From a candidate division WS6 bacterium GW2011_GWF2_39_15 (GTDB lineage: Bacteria > Patescibacteriota > Dojkabacteria > SC72): 64,000 nt of DNA. Made by a program: the position numbers and the translations under genes. Every line of letters starts with the position of its first letter. Positions within the stretch are counted from its first letter, which is position 1. The DNA is taken from contig LBWK01000002.1 in NCBI GenBank assembly GCA_000993565.1, positions 160,620 to 224,619 of the forward strand, written 5' to 3'. Of the stretch, positions 1 to 8,920 are shown in pieces. Below the pieces are notes generated by a model. The model was not told where the DNA came from. It saw only the letters and a list, made by a program, of their open reading frames with translations, and searched no databases.

Positions 1-1
1 A

Positions 2-235
2 CATCAGCATGTACTTGTTAACGGAAAGAAATTGAATATTCCTTCTGTAAAATTGAATATTGGTGATGAGATTGAGCTCAAAAATCCTAAGCTTGCACCT
101 GAAAAGACAGAGTTAAAAACTCCTCTTTGGATGGAAAGGGATAAGAACAAGGGAAAGATTGTAAGAGAGCCTGTTAGAGATGATATTGACGAAGGAATTA
201 AAGAGAACTTGATAATCGAGTTCTATTCTAGATAA
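2..235 (+). CDS. rpsD: 30S ribosomal protein S4, 3' part (starts before the window)
   Basis: Frame open from nt 2 (HQHVLVNGKKLNIPS...LIIEFYSR), the typical S4 C-terminus; directly upstream of rpoA. Confidence 0.95.
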   Translation, partial: HQHVLVNGKKLNIPSVKLNIGDEIELKNPKLAPEKTELKTPLWMERDKNKGKIVREPVRDDIDEGIKENLIIEFYSR

Positions 236-255
236 ATTTTATAATCTTAATTAAG

Positions 256-1221
256 ATGCTTAGTTTTGAAGATATAACAGTAAAGGTTGTAGAAGAAGAG
301 GGAAATGCAGGGAAGTATGAGATTTCTCCTTTACCAAAAGGATACGGTCATACTCTAGTAAACTCACTTCGAAGAATTCTTCTCTCCAGTCTTGGAGGAA
401 GTGCTATTACAAGTGTCAGAATAAAGGGTGTTGAACACGAATATTCTGCTGTTAAAGGTATAAAAGAGGATGTTGTTGAGATTGTTTTGAATCTTAAACA
501 GATTAGGTTCAAGGTTAGCGCTGATGAGCCTCAGATCTGCAAGCTTCAGGCATCAGGAAAAGGAATTGTTACAGCTAAGGATATTTCAGTTGCTGCAGGT
601 GTTGAAGTAACGAACCCTGAAATTGTAATTGCCAATCTTACAGATGACAAGGCATCTTTGGTTATGGAAATTGTTGTAGAGAAGGGAGTAGGATATAGAG
701 AAGCTGATGATGAGAGCAGGTCGGAAGTAGGAAGAATTCCTGTTGATGCAGACTTCTCACCTATCAAAAGTGTTAACTTTGAAGTTACAGACGCTAGAAA
801 AGGCCAGATGACCAACTTGGATGCAGTAAAGATTTCTATTGAAACAGATGGAAGTATTGCTCCTAAACAGGCTCTTCTTGATAGTGCAAAGATTTTGCAG
901 GACTTCTCAGGAAAAGTTATGGTTGCACTTGGAGTATCAAAGAAAGAAGTTGAGCAAAGAGCTGAAGAACTAAATACAATACCGGAAGTTACTCCGGAAA
1001 CCGCAGTAGTTGAGGATGAGGTTAGCAGTTGGAAAGTCGAAGATCTTCCAATATCAAAGAGATCTAAATCAGGACTTCTTGCAGGGGGATTCCAGACAGT
1101 TGGAGATCTCTCCCATGCTAAAGTTGCTGACCTCCTTGAACTTCCAGGGTTTGGCAACAAATCTCTAAATGAGGTTGTTGAGCTAATGAAGCAGTATGGT
1201 ATTGAAATTAAGAGTGAATAA
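256..1221 (+). CDS. rpoA: RNA polymerase subunit alpha
   Basis: PLPKGYGHTLVNSLRRILLSS, GVEHEYS, IPVDADFSPI, alpha-CTD LPGFGNKSLNEV. Confidence 0.98.
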   Translation: MLSFEDITVKVVEEEGNAGKYEISPLPKGYGHTLVNSLRRILLSSLGGSAITSVRIKGVEHEYSAVKGIKEDVVEIVLNLKQIRFKVSADEPQICKLQASGKGIVTAKDISVAAGVEVTNPEIVIANLTDDKASLVMEIVVEKGVGYREADDESRSEVGRIPVDADFSPIKSVNFEVTDARKGQMTNLDAVKISIETDGSIAPKQALLDSAKILQDFSGKVMVALGVSKKEVEQRAEELNTIPEVTPETAVVEDEVSSWKVEDLPISKRSKSGLLAGGFQTVGDLSHAKVADLLELPGFGNKSLNEVVELMKQYGIEIKSE

Positions 1222-1226
1222 TAAAA

Positions 1227-1742
1227 ATGTTTAAGAGACAGAGTTTTAAAAAATTGGGTAGAAAGGCTTCTCACAGAAGTGCTTTGAAGAAGAATCTTTT
1301 AAGATCGATATTTCAAAGCGGGCATGTTACGACAACTACTCCTAAAGCTAAGATGCTTAGAGGTGAAGTCCAAAGTCTTTTGAATAAGGTTGTAAAAAGT
1401 GAAAAGAGCTTGAACCTATTTAGAGACTTAGAAAGCATTCTGGGGACTAGAAAACTTGTAGACGCAGTTATTGCCTATACAGGGGTGTCTAAAATGGGAG
1501 TTAAGGTTCTTAAGGTTGGATTTAGACCTGGTGATAATGCTGAAAAGAGTAAGGTTGAATTGGTCGGATTCAAAGTTGAGAAGAAAACCGTGGTAAAGAA
1601 GGAAACCAAGAAAGCGGAAGAGACAAAAGAAGTTGAACAGCCTGAGAGAAAGGGTCTAAAGAGTATATTAGGAACCGGCAAGAGTGTTGGTAAAAGAATG
1701 ACTGTTAAAAGAGAAAGAGCTCGAACAAGATCAGGACTTTAA
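1227..1742 (+). CDS. rplQ: 50S ribosomal protein L17 with basic C-terminal extension
   Basis: KLGRKASHRSALKKNL, TTTPKAK, GFRPGDNAE; follows rpoA. Confidence 0.93.
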   Translation: MFKRQSFKKLGRKASHRSALKKNLLRSIFQSGHVTTTTPKAKMLRGEVQSLLNKVVKSEKSLNLFRDLESILGTRKLVDAVIAYTGVSKMGVKVLKVGFRPGDNAEKSKVELVGFKVEKKTVVKKETKKAEETKEVEQPERKGLKSILGTGKSVGKRMTVKRERARTRSGL

Positions 1743-1760
1743 TTATAAGTATATTTAGAA

Positions 1761-2192
1761 GTGCAGAATACTAAGTGGACAAAAAAAGAAGATATTAAGA
1801 GAGAGTGGTATATTATTGATGCTAAAGATAGAATTCTTGGGCATGTAGCCACTAAAGTAGCTTCCCTGCTTATTGGTAAGGGCAAGGTAAACCAATCTCC
1901 AAATATGGATTGCGGAGACCATGTTGTGATTATCAACAGTGCTCATATTAAGCTCACCAGAAATAAGGAAGTTAAGAAGATGTATTACAGCCACACAACG
2001 TATCCGGGAGGATTTAAAGAGATCCGATTTGATAAGCTTCTTGCGAAAGATCCAACCGCGCCTATTCGAAAGGCTATTGATAAGATGCTTCCAAAGAACA
2101 AACTTAGAGATGGAATGTTAAAAAGATTGTATGTATACTCTGATGCTAATCATGGACATGAGGCTCAGACACCAAAACCTATTAATTTATAA
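1761..2192 (+). CDS. rplM: 50S ribosomal protein L13
   Basis: WYIIDA, LGHVATKVA, DCGDHVVIIN, YPGGFK, MLPKNKL; GTG start. Confidence 0.97.
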   Translation: MQNTKWTKKEDIKREWYIIDAKDRILGHVATKVASLLIGKGKVNQSPNMDCGDHVVIINSAHIKLTRNKEVKKMYYSHTTYPGGFKEIRFDKLLAKDPTAPIRKAIDKMLPKNKLRDGMLKRLYVYSDANHGHEAQTPKPINL

Positions 2193-2203
2193 TTTAGTGA
2201 ACT

Positions 2204-2599
2204 GTGAGTAAGAACGAATTTTTTGAAGGAGTTGGAAGAAGAAAAACATCTATAGCTAGAGTCAGAGTTTATACCGGTAAGGCTGTATCTACTATTAACG
2301 GTATGCCATATAATGAATATTTCAAAGTTGATGCAGATGCCCAATCCACTCTTAAACCATTGAATACAGTAGGTTTAGATGGAAAAGCATATTTCACAGC
2401 AAAGGTTGCCGGAGGCGGAACCACAGGTCAGGTTGAAGCTATTCAATTAGGTATAGGAAGAGCTCTTTACCTTATGACTCCGGAGCTTAAATCTGAACTT
2501 AGAAAAGCAGGATTTGTTACAAGAGATCCTCGAATGGTAGAGAGAAAGAAATATCACCAGCTTAAGGCTAGAAAGAAACCTCAGTTCTCAAAGAGATAG
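2204..2599 (+). CDS. rpsI: 30S ribosomal protein S9
   Basis: GRRKTSIARV, GGGTTGQ, TRDPRMVERKK, QFSKR. Confidence 0.98.
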   Translation: MSKNEFFEGVGRRKTSIARVRVYTGKAVSTINGMPYNEYFKVDADAQSTLKPLNTVGLDGKAYFTAKVAGGGTTGQVEAIQLGIGRALYLMTPELKSELRKAGFVTRDPRMVERKKYHQLKARKKPQFSKR

Positions 2600-2746
2600 T
2601 TGTCTTGATAAAGTATAACTTCTCTAGATTCAATCCTGTTAAATATCACGATAGTAGGAGTGTGATAGAACTTCATTGTCACTATCTATATTGCATCCTT
2701 TTGGTTTTCGATACATAATGGAGAAGTAAGTTTATCTGCTTTATAA

Positions 2747-3667
2747 ATGACTGACAAAAAGTTTACCCCAAAGAACTTCACCTTTATTATTACAGTTGCC
2801 TCTTTGGGCTTAATACTCCTTTCAATACTAGTATTTTTGTATCAAGCTTTTGTAACAGATTGGAGTGAATCATCGGTAAATCCAACAGATAGTGTTGTCG
2901 GTTCTACAGAAGAAGGAAGCGGGGAAGGTGTCGTAGCTGATTACGATAAGGGTATGCCGGATGTACTGCCTGCTCCTGACGACTCTACCGCAACAAGTGA
3001 GAAAGATCAGAAAGTAGTAAAAACTGGAACACTTAATATTGCCGTTGATGATTTTGATGATGTTGATGCAAAAGTTAGGAGTGATGTTAAGAAGGTTGGC
3101 GGGTTTGTAGCTTCTACAAATGATACGGGTGTAGAGAAGGATCGAACGCTAGTAATGACTGTTAAAATTCCGGCATCATCCTTTGATGGCTTTATAGATA
3201 AAGTCAAAGGATATGCTTCTGTTGTAAATTCATATACTGAGAGTGCAACGGATGTAACTAAAGCATACCAGGATCTGCAAGCAAGACTTAAGAATGAGAA
3301 ATCTTTGGAAACGGCTCTTGTAGGTATTTTAGATAAAGCAACTAAGGTATCTGATATTCTTGAAGTTCAAAGACAGCTGTCATCAGTTCGTCAGAATATT
3401 GAAGTATATGAATCACAGATTAAGTACTATGATTCTCAAATCGATATGTCCACAATCACTATTTCTATGAGTTTAAGTTCTGAGTCACTTGATGTGACAG
3501 GGGATGAGTGGCAGCCTGGAGGTATCTTCAGAGAGGCTGTAAAGGCCTTGGTTGCACTCGGAAAGGATTTGGGTACCCTTGGTATCTGGATGGTAGTATT
3601 CTCACCTGTCATATTGCTCTTGTACCTGCTTGCTAAATGGATTGTACGCAAGTTGAAAGTTAGTTAA
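2747..3667 (+). CDS. DUF4349-family membrane-anchored protein
   Basis: N-terminal TM, KVVKTGTLNI, GGFV, DVTKAYQDLQARL coiled coil, C-terminal TM. Confidence 0.8.
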   Translation: MTDKKFTPKNFTFIITVASLGLILLSILVFLYQAFVTDWSESSVNPTDSVVGSTEEGSGEGVVADYDKGMPDVLPAPDDSTATSEKDQKVVKTGTLNIAVDDFDDVDAKVRSDVKKVGGFVASTNDTGVEKDRTLVMTVKIPASSFDGFIDKVKGYASVVNSYTESATDVTKAYQDLQARLKNEKSLETALVGILDKATKVSDILEVQRQLSSVRQNIEVYESQIKYYDSQIDMSTITISMSLSSESLDVTGDEWQPGGIFREAVKALVALGKDLGTLGIWMVVFSPVILLLYLLAKWIVRKLKVS

Positions 3668-3676
3668 TGGTATAAT
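3668..3676 (+). promoter_or_regulatory. Extended -10 promoter (TGgTATAAT) of rnpB
   Basis: Consensus TGnTATAAT 5 nt before the P1 helix. Confidence 0.75.
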
Positions 3677-3681
3677 ATAGA

Positions 3682-4007
3682 GCACAAGTATCCTATGCAA
3701 CTGCTGCAGGGGTAAAATATCCCTGTAGAGGAAAGTCCGGACTTCATGTCGGTCACGAACATATTTCGTGATAGGCGCCGATGAAAGTCGGGAGGGAGTG
3801 ATCTCTCGGAGAAAAGGGCAACAGAAAATATACCGCCCCACTAACTTATAGTTAGAGGAGTAAGGGTGAAAAGGCAGTGTAAGAGACTACCAGTATATGT
3901 AGTAATGCATATAGCTTTGTAACCCCCGTTTGAAGCAAGGTGATATTAACACACCGCATAGATAGATAGTTGCATATAACAGAATTCGGCTTATGGGATG
4001 CTTGTGC
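3682..4007 (+). ncRNA. rnpB: RNase P RNA (compact form)
   Basis: GAGGAAAGTCCGG, ACAGAAA, GGGTGAAA, GAAGCAAG, AGATAGAT, ACAGAATTCGGCTTAT; P1 gcacaagtatcc/ggatgcttgtgc; P2 tatgcaac/gttgcata. Confidence 0.95.
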
Positions 4008-4070
4008 AAATATTGTAAGATATCTTTTGGGATTGAAAAGTAAAAGGTTTAAAGGGCAATTCCCGTGATA

Positions 4071-4436
4071 CTATCCTTTTATCTCACCACTCATTGCTTT
4101 AACTTCAGGATTGGTGGAGTGAAGGCATGAGAGTATGTATTCACTGGCCGTCTCTGGATTCATATCTGCACCGAGTGCACAATAGATGTTCTTGCCTTCA
4201 CTGGTAATAGACCTTCTATCGTCAGAAGGAGTGTATACAAGGACTCGCCTATAGAACGTCTCTGGTAAACTACGAACCGTTTCGTCTCGGCTTAGCATAA
4301 GCTCTATAACAGTATCTTCAGACTTTATTTTCCAATCTTGTCCTATGTAGGTTATTTCCTCTTTGGAGTTATTAAGAAGTTGATGACCAATTGTTTCATT
4401 CAAAGAGTGGTTTCCGTTAAATCTTAAGAGTAGCAT
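4071..4436 (-). CDS. Hypothetical protein (orphan)
   Basis: 121-aa ATG ORF filling the gap; TATAAT upstream on the minus strand; no recognisable motif. Confidence 0.55.
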   Translation of the reverse strand: MLLLRFNGNHSLNETIGHQLLNNSKEEITYIGQDWKIKSEDTVIELMLSRDETVRSLPETFYRRVLVYTPSDDRRSITSEGKNIYCALGADMNPETASEYILSCLHSTNPEVKAMSGEIKG

Positions 4437-4494
4437 GGTGTTAGTATTTAAATATGAGTTATACGTATATTATACTACAGGATAATGTGGATAT

Positions 4495-4512
4495 AAATAC
4501 CGTAGGGTATTT
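4495..4512 (-). terminator. Small hairpin after fmt
   Basis: aaatacc-gtag-ggtattt inverted repeat about 40 nt past the fmt stop. Confidence 0.4.
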
Positions 4513-4550
4513 TTAATATGATTATCAGTTTCTCAGAAGGTTAAACCGGC

Positions 4551-5483
4551 TTATCTTCCGACTAAATACTGACCCACATTCATAAGATTTTTGCCTTCAG
4601 GTTGTAATTCCAGTATTTCTATCTGTTTATACTTAGTACCTATTACTAATCTCTTTCTGTCCTCCAACCGTTCTCCAGCTTTAAGTTCATTAAACACATC
4701 TAATACTCTAACCTTGAATATTTTCACTCTCTGCTCATCTAAAATTGTCCATGCAACAGGCCAGGGTATAAATGCACGAACCATATGATCAATATCTTCC
4801 GCTGTATGAGTTTTAAAATCAACCTGTGCATTCTCTTTTGCTATGTCAGCCTTGTAGCAATACGTTGCTAAAGTATCATCCTGCTCAACCTCTTTTATTT
4901 TTCCCTTTGTCCATTTATCAAGAATGTCCGGAAGAATCTGTGCACTTATAGCAACTAACCTTTCTCTAAGTGATTGATTTGTATCATCATCCTTTATCTG
5001 CTCCTTAAAGATAGATAGTATAGGACCTGCATCCATTTTATCTATCATCTTAGTTACAGTTATACCGGTCTCCGTCTCTCCTTTCAGAATTGCCATTTGA
5101 ATTGGGACTGCTCCTCTATACTTCGGAAGAATTGAAAAATGGATGTTTATAGCCCCGAACTTTGGATACTCAAGAAAAAATTCTGGAATAATTTCGCCAA
5201 AGGCAATGCATACAACGAGCTCTGGTTTAAATAGTTCAATAGCGTCTTTGTATTTTTCCTCATTTGCTTCTGTAATGAATACAGGAATATTATTATCCAG
5301 CCCGTATTTCTTAACTTCGGTGGGCGTTAATATTTGTTTTCTCCCAACAGGTTTATCCCCTTGAGTTATTAATCCTACAATTTCAAACCTATTGTTCTTG
5401 TTTAGAGTTTTAAGTACGTCAAGTGATTCCCAGTTTGAACCTATAAAGACAGTTTTTATTCTTTCCATGGGATATTCTATCAT
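4551..5483 (-). CDS. fmt: Methionyl-tRNA formyltransferase
   Basis: TQGDKPVGRKQ, INIHFSILPKYRGAVPIQ, ETGIT, MDAGPI, RAFIPWP. Confidence 0.95.
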   Translation of the reverse strand: MIEYPMERIKTVFIGSNWESLDVLKTLNKNNRFEIVGLITQGDKPVGRKQILTPTEVKKYGLDNNIPVFITEANEEKYKDAIELFKPELVVCIAFGEIIPEFFLEYPKFGAINIHFSILPKYRGAVPIQMAILKGETETGITVTKMIDKMDAGPILSIFKEQIKDDDTNQSLRERLVAISAQILPDILDKWTKGKIKEVEQDDTLATYCYKADIAKENAQVDFKTHTAEDIDHMVRAFIPWPVAWTILDEQRVKIFKVRVLDVFNELKAGERLEDRKRLVIGTKYKQIEILELQPEGKNLMNVGQYLVGR

Positions 5484-6172
5484 TAAAAGCCTGATGTAGT
5501 GTATTCATTTTCTGTGAATACCAGTTCTTTTGTATCAACTATATCAAAGATCTCTTTGACCTCAGGAACTGGCTTTTTAAGATAATCCCATACTTTATCC
5601 TCTTGTACCCATGAATATCTACCCTCAGGGGTAGGGACAAGATCACCCTGTGGATTCAAAAATCTGCAGGCAAAGAATATTTTATCCTCAACCAACTCTT
5701 TACTCTCATTGTATATTTTGTAATGTCTAATACTAAATAGTTCCGGTTCCCCAGTGAGTCCTGTCTCTTCTTTAAGTTCCCTTTTAGCTGCTTCAAGGAT
5801 ATTTTCCCCGCGTTTAACTTTTCCTGTAGGAAAACCCTGATAGCTATAGAAAGGGGATTTCAGCCTTGTATATAAAAGAAACTCTCTTTGTGAACCTAAG
5901 TTTCTAATACATACCATTAAAGCTGATATTTTCGCCTGTACATTAACTTTCTCATCTCCAAGATCCATGCGGTTTGCCATCTCTTTACCTAGATCGGTTA
6001 AGTAGTATAGCGATTCTTGCTTCTTTACATACCCACTTTTGATTAACTGGTCTAAATGAAAGGTAAACTTGCTGCCTTCCATGTTAAGGGTTTTGATATG
6101 TGAATATTTTAGGCCGTTAGAGTATAGAAGTTTTTGTAGAATTGAGAGCTGTTCAGGATGGAAATCTTTCAT
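5483..6172 (-). CDS. NUDIX hydrolase with N-terminal winged-helix domain
   Basis: FTFHLDQLIKSGYV...YYLTDLG wHTH; Nudix box GKVKRGENILEAAKRELKEETG. Confidence 0.85.
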   Translation of the reverse strand: MKDFHPEQLSILQKLLYSNGLKYSHIKTLNMEGSKFTFHLDQLIKSGYVKKQESLYYLTDLGKEMANRMDLGDEKVNVQAKISALMVCIRNLGSQREFLLYTRLKSPFYSYQGFPTGKVKRGENILEAAKRELKEETGLTGEPELFSIRHYKIYNESKELVEDKIFFACRFLNPQGDLVPTPEGRYSWVQEDKVWDYLKKPVPEVKEIFDIVDTKELVFTENEYTTSGF

Positions 6173-6888
6173 CTTTTGATAAATTTCATGTTTAATCTAT
6201 ATGGCTTGTGCTGAAATTCCAAGTATTGAGGGTATTTTATCACGAAAAAGTCCGGTACACCCGTTTCTATTACCTGTTCAAGGACAAATCCATGTTTGGT
6301 AAAGGTGTTAGTATATGTTTGTATTGTCCTGTTTAAAAATGTCAGCTCCAATTCTTTCTCTTTGGCTATATTCCCTTTCACTCCTACCTCGCTTAAATAC
6401 CCTTTGTATCCCTGGCTTTTAATTGTGCCCTTCTGTTGGTCTACAATCCATTTAAGCGGGTGAGTTACCGAAATTACTAGCGCCCCGTTATCTGTCATTA
6501 TTGCTGAAACCTCTTTTGCTATATTGTCTAAATCATTTATGTACATAAGAAGCAGTTTGCAAGTTATTAAATTGAATTTATTCTTAAATCTTGGGAAAGG
6601 TTGTTCGAGGTCAGAGTGTATAAAATTGGTTTTTGTACATATGTTTTTTGCGGCAGAAATCATTTTCATGGAGTAGTCGATTGCGTATATGTGATTAGAG
6701 ATCACTTCGAGTCTTCGGGTAAAGCGGCCGTCTCCGCTTCCTAGATCCAATGTATAATCATTGTTTTCGTCACACAAACAGAGGAGAGAAGGCGTATTAA
6801 CAAGGTTTTCATAGGCAAAGTCAGCATTGTGATCCTCTTTTGCGTTCTTAATATACTTTGGTTGTATTCTATCCCAGATGTTTGTCAT
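6169..6888 (-). CDS. Class I SAM-dependent methyltransferase
   Basis: LDLGSGDG motif I, IDYSMKMI, GALVISVTHP. Confidence 0.88.
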   Translation of the reverse strand: MTNIWDRIQPKYIKNAKEDHNADFAYENLVNTPSLLCLCDENNDYTLDLGSGDGRFTRRLEVISNHIYAIDYSMKMISAAKNICTKTNFIHSDLEQPFPRFKNKFNLITCKLLLMYINDLDNIAKEVSAIMTDNGALVISVTHPLKWIVDQQKGTIKSQGYKGYLSEVGVKGNIAKEKELELTFLNRTIQTYTNTFTKHGFVLEQVIETGVPDFFVIKYPQYLEFQHKPYRLNMKFIKR

Positions 6889-7045
6889 GGCTATTGTTTC
6901 TGATTATCTGGGCAGTATCTATGTGATTATAGATTTGATTAAGGATATATTCTAGTAAAGTGGGCTTTACCAAATTGGACTTTACTAAACCGTACTTAAC
7001 TATATAATTTGTAGTAACTGCCGATATTTTATGATCAGATCTTAG

Positions 7046-7987
7046 ATGGATAGAAGAGATCGGCTGGAGTTCCTCGAAACAACATTAAAAAATTATAGGG
7101 AGCTTGATATAGGTAATGACATTGTTTTTGAGGAAGCGGTCTATCTTGCCAAGCGATGTGATAATCCTTTCTGTATAAACCGTTTTGGCCTTGCAATCCC
7201 GGAACCTGATATTGAAAGTCGAGCTAATTTTCTTGCACTTCGGATTACCCAGCTGGATGAATTAATGGCTCTGGAAAGTAAGGATGATTTTGCTTTGGAT
7301 TTGGGGGCAACTATCCTTTTGGTAATTAGGGAGATGTATAGCCTGGATTCTGTTTTAAGTTTCAGGACCGCAGTATGGTCAAAATATCTGAGTAATGAAA
7401 CCAGATATTCTTTCGTTGTACAAAGGGTTCGTATGGCGGGATTTTTTACAGATGAAGAAATGTGGAATGCTGCTATGAGAGAGAGCAAGCACATTATTGA
7501 GAGCTCATATAGGAAGGAAAGTCTTGAATTAGAAGAATATCTCGAACTTATGCAGGGCAATAAGTTAACTTCTCCATTTGGTGCAGATAGTTTGCGGTTA
7601 TTCCAAATTGCTTCGGAGTATTGGATGCTTTCATTGGGTAAACCAACTCCTTTTACAAGAGGTGATTTATATAATCTCCTCATAAGCGAGGTTAGTGAAC
7701 TTCTTGAGGCGGCCTCAAATATTAAGAAAGGTTCTCCGGATAATCGAGAAGCACGGATGAAGGAATATTCTTTTGAACTTGCAGATGTTTTCAATTATCT
7801 AATGCAAATGCTCACTGTAATGGGATATGACTTGTCGGCTACAATTCGCAAGGCGTCGGGTAAAAGGTACAGGGAAACTTTAGGAATAGGAAGAGAACTT
7901 GCATTAGGAAGAAAGATACTTTGGAATAGAAGGTTTAAGTGGTGGAGGGAGAAACGGTATGAGATTTTATTAAAGTCTTTAAAATAA
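7046..7987 (+). CDS. MazG-like all-alpha NTP pyrophosphatase domain protein
   Basis: C-half SEVSELLEA...FELADVFNY (ExxE...ExxD); the N-half looks like a degenerate copy. Confidence 0.65.
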   Translation: MDRRDRLEFLETTLKNYRELDIGNDIVFEEAVYLAKRCDNPFCINRFGLAIPEPDIESRANFLALRITQLDELMALESKDDFALDLGATILLVIREMYSLDSVLSFRTAVWSKYLSNETRYSFVVQRVRMAGFFTDEEMWNAAMRESKHIIESSYRKESLELEEYLELMQGNKLTSPFGADSLRLFQIASEYWMLSLGKPTPFTRGDLYNLLISEVSELLEAASNIKKGSPDNREARMKEYSFELADVFNYLMQMLTVMGYDLSATIRKASGKRYRETLGIGRELALGRKILWNRRFKWWREKRYEILLKSLK

Positions 7988-8014
7988 TCTTGTATTAGTG
8001 ATATAATACAAGGC

Positions 8015-8905
8015 ATGATAAATACGAGCAATATGTTTACTACAACTGCATCTGAAGTAAGAGTTGACGATGCTCAGATAAGAGGGGATTTAGACGAACT
8101 GATGCTATTAAGGGATAGTGTTGATCTTCTGCCTCATAATCTTTTTTTGGGCATAGAAGTAATACTTTACGAACCTGGGTCAAGTAAGATAATAGTCATA
8201 TCACCTATCTCCAGAATTGAGATTGATGGAGTTTGTAGACGGATAGAATATCCCGATTGGGAGGGAAATGTATATGAAATAACTCTCCAAGATTCTTCCG
8301 CAGTAAATCATGCAGTCGGGAAATTTGGTACAATTTGGCTTTTTGACCAATCTTTAATTGAGACTCGTGAACCGGAGGCTACTGCTTTGCCTTATCCATA
8401 TAGGAATAAAACATTTGGATTCCCAAACATTGCTGTGATTGCACCTCACTCAATGAGAACACGGGATAAAGATCACAGATATGATAAGGGAGGAATGATC
8501 GATCAACTTGTTAGAAATGCATCATTACTTGGAGAGGTATCTCGAAGAGGATGGCAGAATGGTAATTCTATGGACCCTGCTTTTAAAAATGATGCTTCAT
8601 ATGTGGAATTCCAGAATTTGATTAATGAGACGCTTGGACTTCTTATCCCAACAGAGTATCTTAAACAATTCTTTACTAGAAGTACTCTTGCTGAGGCATA
8701 TGCATTATTAGTTGTAAATGAATGTAAAGCAAAAAGAGGGCTTGAAGTTGAGTATGAAGATATGGAGGTAAATGTCGCGGATCCGATTGCTCTTGCTGCG
8801 ATAAGCCCAAGAGTTGGTGCCGCAATTATTGTTAAAGCCATTAAGAAGGAGTTGGGCTCTTTAGGCCATAAAAGTATGAAAGATTACCTATTACAGTGGG
8901 AATAG
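8015..8905 (+). CDS. Hypothetical protein
   Basis: 296-aa ORF; TGaTATAAT 7 nt before the ATG; no family recognised. Confidence 0.7.
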   Translation: MINTSNMFTTTASEVRVDDAQIRGDLDELMLLRDSVDLLPHNLFLGIEVILYEPGSSKIIVISPISRIEIDGVCRRIEYPDWEGNVYEITLQDSSAVNHAVGKFGTIWLFDQSLIETREPEATALPYPYRNKTFGFPNIAVIAPHSMRTRDKDHRYDKGGMIDQLVRNASLLGEVSRRGWQNGNSMDPAFKNDASYVEFQNLINETLGLLIPTEYLKQFFTRSTLAEAYALLVVNECKAKRGLEVEYEDMEVNVADPIALAAISPRVGAAIIVKAIKKELGSLGHKSMKDYLLQWE

Positions 8906-8920
8906 CATATAATCACTCTC

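Noticed and set aside
546-1274. Long antisense ORFs (also 7141-7794, 12053-12505, 13305-13820, 38765-39169)
   Set aside because: They mirror well-supported genes, have skewed Ser/Leu/Phe-rich composition and show no motifs.
3602-3841. Minus-strand 79-aa ORF
   Set aside because: Antisense to the RNase P RNA and the end of the DUF4349 gene; shadow ORF.
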